NCBI GenBank assembly: GCA_964016885.1
Contig: OZ024743.1
Span: 166,098,001-166,162,000 of the forward strand
Direction of reading: 5' to 3'
Source: Eledone cirrhosa
Taxonomy: Eukaryota
Length of the DNA stretch: 64,000 nucleotides
Shown: piece by piece, positions 21,501 to 34,492 of the stretch
How the letters are laid out: each line of letters opens with the position of its first letter
Numbering within the stretch: position 1 is the stretch's first letter
Made by a program: the position numbers and the translations under genes
Notes under the pieces: model-generated
What the model saw: only the letters and a program-made list of their open reading frames with translations
What the model was told of the DNA's origin: nothing
Databases searched by the model: none

Positions 21501-22289
21501 ATATCAGTTGTTTATTGTCATCACTAACACTAACTTCTGTGGTTGATACACCTCATATTACAAAGACAATGGATTCTTTCCAACCATATTGTAACTGCAT
21601 TTCTAATAAAACACTCTATTTCAATTAATTAATGAAGAATTTTTAGAGATTTACTAAAATTATTAATTATTTCATAACTAAGATAGTAAATTAACCAATG
21701 CTTCTTATATCAGATTATGTTGGAAGATAATAATTTAAATAGAAACTCTATAAAATGGGTGATTTTGTTTCATAAAACTAGATGTAGGTTTTAAGCAGGT
21801 TAATATCAAAAAAGTTAATTTCAAATAGTTAAATATATAAACAAACAGGAACAAATCCCCCTGCCACAAATACTACTTTCCTACCATGCTAGGAAAGGAA
21901 AGCTTACCCTGAATAATGTATGTAGTCCTAATATCACAACAAACGTTTTAATGCCATTTTGCCAGATTAAGGCAGAGGTTAACCTTGCAAGACACATAGT
22001 TCTAAAAAGACTTCATCAGTATGTCTTGAATACCTTTAATCCTAGATCTGATCAATCAAAGCTTACCTGGGGCTAGACAATATCAACAACGGTATGACGG
22101 CACCTCCATGTGGTATCTTGAATTGCTAGAAACCCTGCCCCACTAAATTTCCCTCAAATCACAAGTTACCATCATAAAAATGATAAAATGGTTATGGTTG
22201 GAATGCCTTTGATCATAGGTTTGACCCAAGACTAAATGAATACAACCTGAACATTATAATACCAACATAAAACTGAAATAAAGATTACC

Positions 22290-22560
22290 ACCCTAACTCC
22301 CATCAGTGCCACCTCTACCCACCATCACTGCCACATCATGTACAATCACTGCAACCTACCACAACTACCACCACAACCAACAAACCAACTACCACTACTA
22401 TCACACTAACCTCCATACCAATAACCACTATGACCACCTTAAACACCACTACACCAGCCACAACCTTAACCACTACTACCAAAGCCACCATCATCACACC
22501 AGCCACCACCATCAGCATCTCTGCACCAACCACCACCATCCCAACCACCCAGTTAACAAT
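22290..22560. repeat. Degenerate (CAC/CAA)n simple repeat
   Basis: CAC/CCA-rich tract. Confidence 0.75.
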
Positions 22561-23579
22561 AATGTACATTATTTCTGCTATAAAATAGTGTACATTATTT
22601 TTGCCCTAAAAATACGACCATAAATTTTTTTTTACAAATCAAAAAATGTCTGGAATGTGCAATTCAATACACAAATTGTAATAACTTTAATATATTTAAC
22701 ACAACACTACCACTAACACCATCACCAACAACCAAACTACCCCCACCATCACAGCCTCATTCAGATTACCAAAAGCTTTTAACACCAGAAAATACCAGAG
22801 AATAATGTTCATATTAACTACACAGAACATTTGAAATATTAGAGTAAAGTTTTTAATTTTTAATGCAATACAGTCATAGGGCTTTTTTGTACTTTTCAAG
22901 AATCCCTTGCTATTGTGGTTTTATTAAGAGTTAAGTACAGTAATGGGATAACGCACTGTACTGAACATAGATTAATAAATTAGGGAACCACAGTATTAAG
23001 AGGTGATGGGCCTTGTGTTGTTTTTAATGTTGTTTAGCCTCACATCAGCACTGATCCAGCAACCGCCCTAGTTATTGTGGATGGAGATGGCTATCAGCAA
23101 GAACAAGCCTCCTATGAGGTGTACTGGCTCTTCCTTGCCATTCTCAGGCATAACACAATCACTATACTGTCTGCCAAAACCTTGTAGCAATAACAGATTT
23201 AAACATAATATAATCACAGAAATTCACTATATTTTAGATAAATTAGCTTGAAAAGATACTGACTATCTTCACTTGACAGGGAATTTTGATTCTCTCAAAG
23301 TTTTTTTTATATTGAGGAGAAAAGTTATATTTAATTGAACTGAAACCAGTATATAAGTGGTAATTCTTGCAATTATAGTTAGATTAGGCTTTGCTTAGAT
23401 TAGCCAGTCTAATAAGATTGAAACATGTCTCAAATTGACACCACTGCATACCATATTTAATTAATTTTCATTTAAAAAATTTGGAATTCTCTCTTTTGTC
23501 GTTTTCTTTTTATCTGAAATAAGTTATCTATACAATGATTTGTAACTAGGGAATTATCATCATTTGTAACTAGGGAATT

Positions 23580-23890
23580 ATCATCATCCTCATCGTTTTT
23601 ACATGCGATTTTCCATGCTTGCAGAGGTTGGATGGGTCCTTCTTAGCACAGTATCCCTCCACTTGCTGCGTTTCATTATATCCTCTGTCAGTCTCAGAAA
23701 TTTGAAGTCAACTCTCAACACCTCTGTCCTTCCTCGGTATACCTCTACTACGGCTTCCTTCCACTGGCATTTCCTGATACTTCTCCAATCAATCATCATC
23801 CATGTGCATCCCATGTCTGTACCAATGCAATCTTCTCTTCAGCACACCACCTTGAATTCCTCTTAAACCCAGTTTCTCCTTCAGTTATCA
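23580..23890 (-). mobile_element. RTE LINE 3' end fragment
   Basis: Same C-terminal text and tail as 20590-21500. Confidence 0.8.
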
Positions 23891-24229
23891 GTATCACCAT
23901 CTTTTTTACATCCACTTTTCCATGCTGGCATTGGTTGGAAACATTTAGAAGCAGTGTTTTATAGTCAGAAACCTCTCCAAACCGTTTAGTTTCCTCATAT
24001 GACGCACAGAGAGATACAGTGTGCTTATTATAAAATCCAAAAGATAGATTTTAATTTTAATTTAATCAAAATTTCTTGGCTTACATAAACTATGCAGAAG
24101 CCTAAAATATTTCATTGCTCACCTACTGGAAGAAGAGACATACTAGACATCATGGGTACCAACCAACCAGTACTTCTCTAATAGATAGGAAACATAAAAA
24201 ATATATAGAAAATACTCTCAAGTGTCGAA

Positions 24230-24575
24230 GCAACTGTCTTCAATTAATCTAGCTGGATCCCCAAGCAAGACCACCTGAGCTCATGGATGTTATCTGACAT
24301 CTTGCTCAGGGTCTACACCTGCATCTCCTGCTGGCTGGTTTTGCTCATAAAATCTGTCCAGTGATCCTCTCCTGAGACATAGTACCAGAGCTGTGATCTC
24401 TCAAATCGGAGAAGTAGCAGCTCTACCTGGAGTGACTCTCTGATCTCTAAGCTACACACTCTATCGAGTAACGTTACTCCAAAGACTCTTCGGAGGAACC
24501 CTATTTCAGCAGCTTGTATTCGTGATCATATTCTGTCAGTCATTACCCAAGATTCATGACCATAGGTAAGTGTTC
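24230..24575 (-). mobile_element. Fragment of a second RTE-like LINE family
   Basis: Homologous to 26050-26300 (+) and 30041-30370 (-), which encode LEIRESLQLEQLVLRIERSQ..YGHVVRM. Confidence 0.6.
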
Positions 24576-24739
24576 AAATAAAAGTTCTTACATAAAATTA
24601 TGATGGAAGATTTAAAAATAAATATAAACACTTTTAAAACCAACAGTTTTGTATCAGGTTAAAACAGAAATTCTATTTCTTCCATCACATCAATTTTTTT
24701 CAACATTGTTAACAATAAGAAATTGAAATTATTACTTAC

Positions 24740-24866
24740 TGTTAACATATTTTCTAAATCAACTTTCAAAAGGTAAGCGCGGGTGATTTCCACACCATCA
24801 AAGTCAACTTCAGCTTTAAATCGTACTTCTCCACCTATTTCAGTAGCTTTTACATCATGCAAAGAC
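24740..24866 (-). CDS. SLC30A9: SLC30A9 exon ((R)SLHDVKATEIGGEVRFKAEVDFDGVEITRAYLLKVDLENMLT)
   Basis: tttag acceptor, gtaagt donor, 127 bp, phase 2/0. Carries the ZnT9 signature HDVKAT..VRFKAEVDFDG. Confidence 0.95.
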
Positions 24867-25129
24867 CTAAATAAATAAATTATTTGTTTTTTGTTTAAAT
24901 ACTGCATTTGATGGTCTATAAACCCTTTCCTTCCCCTGGCCCCACACAAAAATGCCCCCAAAATTCACCCAGGTCTTACATGCAAAGTTGAGGTATCTGG
25001 TAGGCCAATATTTCTTTTCTTAATATTCCATACTGAGTTCTATATGCAATCAAAGATGATTAACTCTGTTATGATTTAGCAGGTTTTTAAATTCAAGATT
25101 TGAGAAAATTTGCAGTAAATTAAAGATTA

Positions 25130-25500
25130 ATTTTTTAATGTGATGCAGTAATAGTGTTATTTTATACTCTTCGAGAATGTCTTACTAAAGTGGTTTCATG
25201 AGGCTTGTTAATTTAAATGTTCATAGCATCTATACTAGTTGACAAATCATTGTAAACATTTGTAGTATTAAACTAAAGACTTTAATTTTTAATATGATAC
25301 AGTTGTAGTGTTCTTTTGTATTTTTCAAGAATGTCTTGCTAATGTGTGGTTTGTTAATTCAAATGTTTATAGTCTTTTGACAAGTGGACAGATTGTGGAA
25401 ATATGCAGTAAACTAAAGTAAAGACTTTAATTTTTAATGTGATGTAGACATCAAGCTGTTTTGTACTTTTCAAGAATGCCTTGTTAATGTGGTTTCATGT
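25130..25500. repeat. Diverged tandem repeat, unit about 150 bp, about 2.5 copies
   Basis: TTTTTAATGTGAT..TTTCAAGAATG..GTGGTTT recurs at about 25133, 25286 and 25431, with a related copy at about 22855. Confidence 0.65.
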
Positions 25501-25922
25501 GATACAGGAAGTTAAGATCTAAAGATATATGTTTTGTAGGAAAACTTGGTCAGGGTTTTTAGACCTTCATACTACTATTGCTATTACAATCAGTGTGTGT
25601 ATGTGTGCACACATGAGTATGTTAGTGTTGTGTGTGTGTATGCATGCATGTGTGACGTGGGCGTATGATTACATGTATGGGTGGTATGTGTAAAGAAGGT
25701 TGTGTGTGTATGTGTGCATGCATGCTGGAGGTCTATATGAAAGAGGTTACATTTGATAGGAAGTTTCTCATGTATTTTAATGATAAGGGCCTCCAGTCTT
25801 ATCATGAAAAGCAATGAACAATTAAGGGTTTTGTTCAAGAACTGCTGCCTGGTCCAGTACACACAACTTTATTATCTTGAGTCCAACACAACAACTAATT
25901 TGACTTTAAACAAATTTCTCAC

Positions 25923-25985
25923 CTTATCATTCTATCACTCTCCAGTTCCTGGCTAATGAGTAATTTTTTATCCAATGGGATTGAC
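25923..25985 (-). CDS. SLC30A9: SLC30A9 exon ((K)SIPLDKKLLISQELESDRMI(R))
   Basis: ttttccag acceptor, gtgaga donor, 63 bp, phase 2/2. Fills the gap between the flanking exons exactly. Too short for the ORF track. Confidence 0.88.
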
Positions 25986-27629
25986 CTGGAAAACATAATT
26001 AATACATTTTCTGTGACAACAAAATTAGATGGTTTTTGGAGTAATGTTACTTGATAGAGTATGTAGCTCAGAGATCAGAGTCGCTCCAGGTAGAGCCATT
26101 ACTTATCCAAATTGAGAGATCACAGCTCCGATACTATGGGCATGTGGTTAGAATGTCTCAAGAAAGAATCGCTGGACAGATTTTACAGGCAAATAACCGG
26201 TAGGAGACAGAGGGGGAAACCCCAAGCAAAATGGATCAGTTGGAAACGGTTGCTTCTAACTGGACTCACTGAAAGGAGGACTCTTCCCCCATGACCTACT
26301 GAGGAGAAGAAGAAGGAGGAGGGTTAATTCTGCCTTTTTGGAAGAGAAGGGACTCTTTTTTTAACTAGGTTTGATATTAGTTGTTGAAGAGAAAAAAACA
26401 GAGCTATTTGTATAGTTAGTATTTATTTTGTTGAAAATAGAGAGGTGAAAATTTAAAGTCTATCTTGGTAGAATTTAAACTCAGAATGTAGCAGGACAAA
26501 ATGATATCCTCTACCCCTTTTGAGACCAATCTGGCCAAAACTGGATCTGGTTCTATAAATTAAATTTATCCATTTTAAATGGTTCTTATTTAAATTAAAC
26601 ACTCTAACCTAATTTTATATAAAAATCTATTGTCAAGTTATGTTACAAGTACCATCTTAATAATAAAATAATTAACAATTTTAATAAATCTCTCCAAATA
26701 CTTAATTAATTGAAATACAATGTATATCATTAAAAATATTGCAATGACGGGGGTAACACAATTTAGACCAACATTGTGGGGCATCTAGTTAAACTGTAAC
26801 AAAGTAATCATATAAAGCAAACACACAAACATAGATACACTCTGTTTTATGCAAGAACACCTATTTTTAAAACCAAAACTCCTTGCCTCTTTCTCTAGCC
26901 ACTTCCTGTCTACTGGATTAAGCTCCTTGTTTCTACTTCGACTTCACTAGCAACCAGACATTGTCCATCTCTCTCATCCTTGTATGGGTTTTTTTTTTAA
27001 AGTTCTAAATCACTTTCTTCTCAGCATTACATTCTTTGTGTCCAGTTAGAAAATCTTTTGTTTATCTTTATATTACCATATTTAGTACTTTTTTCTATAT
27101 TCACACATAATTTCGTTGTTAACTGTATTCTTTGTCCTGGTCATAAGACCCTTATATATGTATTTTTCTTGTTTACTGACCTTTCTGTATGTACTTTCCA
27201 TGATATGTAGTAATTTTGTTGTTGTACTGACTCTTATGCATCCTTCCCAGTAGAGAACTGTCATAGGTTGGAGAACCTCGTTCCATCCATAAGCTTCATT
27301 TTTTGCTTGGTTTCTAAGGCTGGATGTCCTTACTAATGTCAACCACTTTACAGACTGTACTGGGTGCATTTTATTATGGCACATGCACATGAGAGCTGCT
27401 AGCCACTTTTTTCCGTCAATAGGGGTATTTAACCCGATTTTCTAAACTGTGTTCACAGCTATTTCCTCTATGTTCAACATTTCCTGAGCATATATATATT
27501 TATATGTATAACAGACATGTGAATGAGTAATCAATACAGAAGTAGAGTTTAACTCTTGTTACTTTGGAGTTTCACCTGTGCACAGATGAAACTCCAGAGG
27601 AATAAGACTCACCACTTATCCATAAGAAT

Positions 27630-28510
27630 ATCATCATCATCATTTTAATGTCCATTTTTTTCCACACTTGCATGGGTTGATTCTTAGAACAGCATCTCTC
27701 CACTCGTTGTGATCTTTTGTAATCTCCTCTGTGAATCTCAGTGATTTGAGGTCAGCTCTCACTACCTCTGCCCAGGTCTTTCTTGGTCTACCTTTACTGC
27801 GGCTCCCTTCCACTGGCATTTCTTCACCCAATAATCATTGTCCTTGTGCATCACATGTCCATACCAATGCAGTCTTCTCTCCTCCACACCACGTTGGATT
27901 CCTCTTCAACTCAGCTTCTTGCTCAACTCGTCCAAGCTCTGCCTTTCTCTCACACTTTCATTGAACATCCAATGGAGCATGGTGACTTCATTTCTCTCCA
28001 GCCTACACATCTCCTCTGCAGTCACAGCCAATGTATCATTATCTTGCAGCATTGCACTTCATACACAGGAGTAATACAGTCATCTTTTTGTACGTAAGGA
28101 GAAACCTTTTGTTATCAACAGTGGGAGAAGCTCTCTGAACTTTTTCCATCCTATCCTTATTCTAGCTATTTTGCTCTCAGGGCATCCTCCTCCATTGCTA
28201 ATTATGTCTCCTAGATAGCAGAAGCTATCAACCACTTCTATGGGTCCTTCTTTGACTGGAATAGGTTTACATCACTGGCTCTCTTCCCCTAGGTTATCCC
28301 TGCGCATCTTCTACAAACAAAGTCTTCCGTACATCGTAGGGAGTTTATGCCTACTTCCTTTCTACATATTAGGCAGAGCCATTTCCCTGAAGGAATCAGG
28401 GTCCTATTTACTCTCCTACTCACTACCACTTTAGTTTTGGCAATGTTTACTCTCAGACCTTTGGGTTCTAAATTCTGTTTCCATAGTCGGAAGTTATTTT
28501 CTAGTCCTTT
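27630..28510 (-). mobile_element. Degraded RTE LINE 3' fragment
   Basis: WKQNLEPKGLRVNIAKTK..WLCLICRK..; GRPRKTWAEVV; RTE tail. Confidence 0.85.
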
Positions 28511-28797
28511 AAAGAGAGAATTTTGGACTAGGATACTTGAGTGTGTGTTTGCATGGGATGGTGGAATCTGAATGTTAAAGAAAAACACCTTGTGGTATTT
28601 TTTTCTGTTCCAGTCACCACACTTTTACACCCAGTCTAGACAAAGTATTGAAAATCAATGAATGACAACAAAATTTTAAAAATTGAAAAACAAAAAAAAA
28701 CAAAATTAAAAGTGATGCCACATGGCCAATCCAATGACTGAAATCAGTAAAAGACCTAAAGAACAACAAAAAGAACAAAAGAAGAAAGGCATCTTAC

Positions 28798-29008
28798 TTG
28801 CCCACTAAAACTTCTGTGTTGTTGTAAATAATGAAACTGGCTACACTTCCTAAGATGCCACCCACTAGAAGTGAACCAATGGCATCTGCAAAAGGGCTTC
28901 CAGTAATCTGAGTTATTGTCAAACATGATGCTGCAATGCCCACTCCGAGTACAGCTGCTAAGTCTTCCAGCAAAACAACATTTACATTAGGATCATTGCC
29001 ACGAGTCA
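28798..29008 (-). CDS. SLC30A9: SLC30A9 exon ((V)TRGNDPNVNVVLLEDLAAVLG..DAIGSLLVGGILG..NNTEVLVG)
   Basis: ttgcag acceptor, gtaaga donor, 211 bp, phase 1/2. Encodes the last two TM helices with the ZnT9 VLLED motif. Confidence 0.95.
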
Positions 29009-29099
29009 CTGCAACAAAGAAAGATCATTTTCTATCAGCAAAAAATAGTGAAGGCAACTCATCTAGGAGAGCAGTCACTGAATAAAAACTGATACATGA

Positions 29100-29216
29100 A
29101 GGCGTGTGGCTGAGTGGTTAGGGAATTGGATTCGCAATCGTAAGGTTGTGAGTTCGATTCCTGGACCATGCGATGCGTTATGTCCTTGAGCAAGACACTT
29201 TATTTCACGTTGCTCC
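29100..29216 (+). mobile_element. tRNA-derived SINE head with Pol III A and B boxes
   Basis: TGGCTGAGTGG (A box), GAGTTCGATTCC (B box), then the core TGTCCTTGAGCAAGACACTTTATTTCAC. Confidence 0.8.
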
Positions 29217-29313
29217 TTCTACCTGGAGTTGCGACCGATAGATAGTATTAGCAATTGGAAAGACCAACGGAAACATTGTTCCCTCGGTCCGATTTGACGC
29301 AAGTCGATCGTTC

Positions 29314-29370
<57 letters not shown>

Positions 29371-30040
29371 TAAACAGGGTAAAGAGGATGTTTAAGTCCT
29401 GTTAGACAACGTTTCTAATGCTGATGATGCAATAAAATGCATGCAGTCCACACTGTAAAGTGGTTGGTAATAAGGACATCCAGCCTGAAAAACTCTGCTA
29501 AAGAAATTAAGAAAAGAACAACTTACAATATACACATTATCTGTGTATACAGTGTAAAAAAAATTCCAATAAATAATGTTAGTGTGCATGAACAACAAAG
29601 CATGGATGAGCTGAGAGAAAAACTGAGTATAAGAGGAAGCAGATGCTGTGTGCAAGACAAAAGTTTGTGCCTTTTGGACATGTGATGCATATGAATGATG
29701 ACTGTTGGATGAAGAAATGATGTAATATCCCAGTGGAAGAAAACTACAGAAGAGAAAAATTAAGGAAAACCTGAGCAAAAGTGGTGAAAGTGGATCTCAA
29801 AACATTGAAATTCAGAGATTAGTTAGTAGAAGCCGGTTGTGCTGGAAAGGACCCCTGTAACCCATGACAGGAAAAACTAATGTATTATAATGAAACAATT
29901 TTTCTTTTCAAACATAAATAACAAGAGTCACAGGGGTAGCATTATGACATGCTGTGGGCACATAACCCTTTCATGACCACATTTCTAATGAAACATACTC
30001 TATTTTAATTAATTAATGCAGAATTTCAAGGGATTTACTA

Positions 30041-30370
30041 CTTCTCTTCTCCCACTTATACCTGAGGGTCGTGGGGGAAGATTTCTGAAACACTCCTTCC
30101 AGCGGATCTTGTCAGAAGCAACCATTTCCAACTTATCCAGCTGGATTCACAAGCGAAACCAACAAAGCTCATAGATGTTATCCAACCATCTTGCTCGGGG
30201 TACACCCTGGGTCTCCTGTCAGATGATTTGGTCCATAAAATCTGTCCAGGGTTTCTTTCATAAGACATTCTAACCACATGTCCATAGTACCATTGCTGTG
30301 ATCTTTCAATTCGGAGAACTAGTTGCTCTAACTGGAGCGACTCTCTTATCTCCAAGCTACACATAGCTGG
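30041..30370 (-). mobile_element. 5'-truncated LINE insertion with a probable TSD
   Basis: RTE-like C-terminus and GA-rich tail. Flanked by GGATTTACTA / GGATTTAGTA and splits an AT-rich repeat that is intact at about 21620-21680. Confidence 0.7.
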
Positions 30371-33198
30371 CTGGATTTAGTAAAATTATTAATTATTTCA
30401 TTACTAAGATAGTAAATTAATCTAAGGTTCTTTTTTAAAATTATGTTGGAATATTTTAATTCAAATTGGAAACCTTTAAAATGGGTGATATTATTTTATA
30501 GTGCCAGAGCTGGTTTGGTAACTAAAGAGTTAAAACTGGCAAAGCCCATCCCACTCTGAAGAGAAAACCGGGGTAGGGAGGGGGGTCAACCCTTGGATGG
30601 GACTGGACTAGTACTTTATCTAGTGTTCTTAAAAGGATGAAAGACTAAGTTGACCTTAGTGGGATTTGAACTCAGATTACACGCAGCCAGAACAAATACT
30701 GCAGAACTGTCTATCTGACATTCTAATGATTTTGCCAATTTAAAACTTGACTAATCCAATTACTGTAACTAATAAAAGAATACAAATAACAATGAACTAA
30801 ACAGAAATCATCAATAATGAATGTATAGTTACTGTGGTTATCATCCAGAAAAGTTTTTAAAAAACCATTATGTATATTTTATGCGTTATTGGCACTGATA
30901 AGTCTACTTTTCACATTAGATAAATAATTGTTTCTACTTTAGGCACAAAGCCAGCAATTATCCAGTACATTACTGGTACTTTATTTTTATCGACCCCGTA
31001 AGGATGAAAGGCAAAGTCAACCTCGGCGGGATTTGAACTCAGATCGTAAAGGGACGTAACTATGCTGGAAAGCATGGCGTCCAACCCTCTACCGATACTG
31101 CCAATCCACTGCCCTTCACATTAGGTAAATAATAATACACATTTAAGCATGATATCAAACAATTGATCACTTATTCATAGAATGACTGTGGCAAGAGAGA
31201 TAAAAAAAACATCTGCAGCCCCATTCCCAGTGTATACATATAAAATCAGAATCATGGTAGAAATAGCAGCCAAATTTTGTATCATAGTGAAGGTGTGAAG
31301 CCTAGTGGATAGGGTATTGGACAGACAATCATAGTGAAGGTGTGTGGCCTAGTGGATAGGGTATTGGACAGCCAAACATAGTGGAGATTTGAGGCCTAGT
31401 GATGAGAGTGTGGAACTGCTAAACGCAGTGAAGGTTAGTGAGGAGGGTGCTGGACTCACAATCATAAGGTCAAGGGTTTGAAGTATTTTCAACATTACAA
31501 CAATTATACTTGATGATCCAGCTGTTTTGCCTTTATCTCCCTAATTACATTATCTACTATGCTGCTATCAACTTGGCTGTCTGGTCCCTCTGTTAGATCT
31601 ACTTGGAGTATGAGGGTGGGCTGAAAAGTTCATAGGCTGACTATGAAGGAGTAATGCTAGAGCTGTGAAATCTTGCATACATTAATTTCAAGTCTTCTTA
31701 TTAATAACTGTATTGTTTCTTTCCAGGTAAACTGACATTTGACTGTTCAGAGAAGATTTCAAAAGTAACTAGTAGCGAATTTTCTTGAAAATGGACAAAA
31801 TTTGGCATTGAGGTGTTATCAACTAACTGCAGAAAAGGGGTTTAGACCCCACAGACATTCATGTGAACATGGTTGTTACATTAGGGGATGACGCTCCAGC
31901 TTTATCAACAGTTAAAAAGTGGGCAGCTGAATTTAGGAGAAGGGAGTCTTGAAGATGACCAAGGAAAACAAGCACTGCAACACCAAAAGAAGTGTATTGG
32001 CCACAAGGGGGACTATGTTGAAATATAGACCTCATTTCGTCACATTCCATGTAAGTATCTTGGTCAGCCTATGAATTTTTCAGCTGACCCTCGTAGACCT
32101 TCCTTCACTCGTACCTTTTCCTCATTCAATAGTTTATGACAATGTTACTTCCATGCTTCTATCTTTTCACCATCAGCAATGGCAAATGTACTAGTCATTG
32201 TAATATGGAACACCATAAGTTGCAGAACATGTGCCAACTTCTTACTTTCTGCTTTTCTTTTTGCTAAGTATACCTGGTGTCTAGCTTCTCTTCTAGCTAT
32301 TTAGAATTGTTCTTTGCTTTTCCCATTCATCTAATATTTCAAGGACAGTTTCTGAGCTTTAATTTTCACATTTACTCTACTTTTCCACCAATATGATACC
32401 CTCCATCTTACTGGAGGCCTTGCACCCACCAGACCAGGTTTGGCTGAGGCTCCACTCCATCTAAACTCTTGTACACAGCAGACATCCACTTGCTTTCACT
32501 CTGGCATCTCTACAATCTTACCTGACCTACCTTTCATCATGCATGCACCCAATACACTCTGTAAAGTGGGAGTGTTAATGCCACAATAAAATGCACTCAG
32601 TACACTCAAACTGGTAGTGCTGTTGCTACGATAAAATGAACTGATTGGTGTTAGGAATGCATACAGTTGTAGAAATCAGGCCAAAAATGGAATGTATAAG
32701 CAAGACATGGTCCCCCCCCCCCCCCCCCCCCCCAACTGGTCCAATCTCAGAGAATGACAACCTGTCCAACACATGCAAGCATGGAAAGGGGATATAAAAT
32801 GATGATATATATATATAATTTGGTGATAGGCATCTAGCCATAGAAATCTTGCCAAACAAAGGGTTGGGAGGATCCTTTAGTTATGTCAAGGACATGACAC
32901 CTTTCCTAGTGCTGGTGATCTACACAATAAAAGCACCCAGTACACACTGTAAGGTGGTTGGTGTTAGGAAGGGCATCCAGCCATAGAAAGCTTGCCAAAC
33001 GAGGGGTTAGGAGGATCCTTCAGTTTGTTTCAAAAGACAATAATTTCTCCTCTGCACTCAATAATGACTGTACAAAAGTGGAATACAGACCTCTTAGGCC
33101 TGTTTGGGATGTCAGTGTCTCCCACTTCAGTACTGACTTGGTCCATGTAGACCCATCCAACACTTTCTAGGTAGTGGGGGAGTAGCCATATTGTTAAA

Positions 33199-33255
<57 letters not shown>

Positions 33256-34492
33256 TACAAGGGCAAACATGTATCTTATTGTCTCCTGAATGTTTTTAAC
33301 CTGTACAAGGTTGCATTTTGTTTCTTTTTTCTTTACTCCCTCACTGTCTGTCGCTCTCAAATCTCACCATGTTGGTCACTTCTCTTCATTTCGTTCTTGG
33401 CTCCTTCTGAAATTGTTGTTGACACTCTAATCACTACGCCTCAAATCTCCACTATGTTTGGCTGTCCAATACCCTATCCACTAGGCTACACACCTTCACT
33501 ATGATTGTCTGTCCAATACCCTATCCACTAGGCTTCACACCTTCACTATGATACAAAATTTGGCTGCTATTTCTACCAGTTTGAGTGACCACATACAGTC
33601 TCCTTTGTTGATTCTGACTTTATATGTATACACTGGGAATGGGGCTGCAGATGTTTTTTTATCTCTCTTGCCACAGTCATTCTATGAATAAGTGATCAAT
33701 TGTTTGATATCATGCTTAAATGTGTATTATTATTTACCTAATGTGAAGGGCAGTGAATTGGCAGTATCGGTAGAGGGTTGGACGCCATGTTTTCAAGCAG
33801 AGTTACGTCCCTTTACAGTCTGAGTTCAAATCCCGCCGAGGTTAACTTTGCCTTTCATCCTTACGGGGTCGATAAAAATAAAGTACCAGTAATGTACTGG
33901 ATAATTGCTGGCTTTGTGCCTAAAGTAGAAACAATTATTTATCTAATGTGAAAAGTAGACTTATCAGTGCCAATAACGCATAAAATATACATAATGGTTT
34001 TTTTAAAACTTTTCTGGATGATAACCACAGTAACTATACATTCATTATTGATGATTTCTGTTTAGTTCATTGTTATTTGTATTCTTTTATTAGTTACAGT
34101 AATTGGATTAGTCAAGTTTTAAATTGGCAAAATCATTAGAATGTCAGATAGACAGTTCTGCAGTATTTGTTCTGGCTGCGTGTAATCTGAGTTCAAATCC
34201 CACTAAGGTCAACTTAGTCTTTCATCCTTTTAAGAACACTAGATAAAGTACTAGTCCAGTCCCATCCAAGGGTTGACCCCCCCTCCCTCCCCCGGTTTTC
34301 TCTTCAGAGTGGGATGGGCTTTGCCAGTTTTAACTCTTTAGTTACCAAACCAGCTCTGGCACTATAAAATAATATCACCCATTTTAAAGGTTTCCAATTT
34401 GAATTAAAATATTCCAACATAATTTTAAATAAGAACCTTAGATTAATTTACTATCTTAGTAATGAAATAATTAATAATTTTACTAAATCCAG
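30371..34492. repeat. Large inverted duplication, arms about 1.05 kb (30371-31411 / 33422-34492), 2.0-kb spacer
   Basis: The arms are reverse complements with only a few substitutions and one indel of about 30 bp near 33578-33610. Confidence 0.93.
31611..32093 (+). mobile_element. Internally deleted mariner (MITE-like, 483 bp)
   Basis: TA TSD. TIRs of about 31 bp, (C/T)GAGGGT..GCTGAAAA.TTCATAGGCTGAC. Residual N-terminal HTH, DIHVNMVVTLGDDAPALSTVKKWAAEFRR. Confidence 0.88.

Noticed and set aside
22306-22623. His-rich ORF as a metal-binding peptide linked to the zinc transporter
   Set aside because: Translation of a degenerate (CAC)n repeat on the strand opposite the gene, with no splice or coding support.
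28794-29009. Stand-alone 71-aa ORF (and the 100-aa ORF at 24659-24961) as separate small genes
   Set aside because: They are SLC30A9 exons read through into intron sequence. The splice sites define the real boundaries.
29100-29175. Possible tRNA gene
   Set aside because: Has A and B boxes but no acceptor-stem pairing, and continues into a SINE core.
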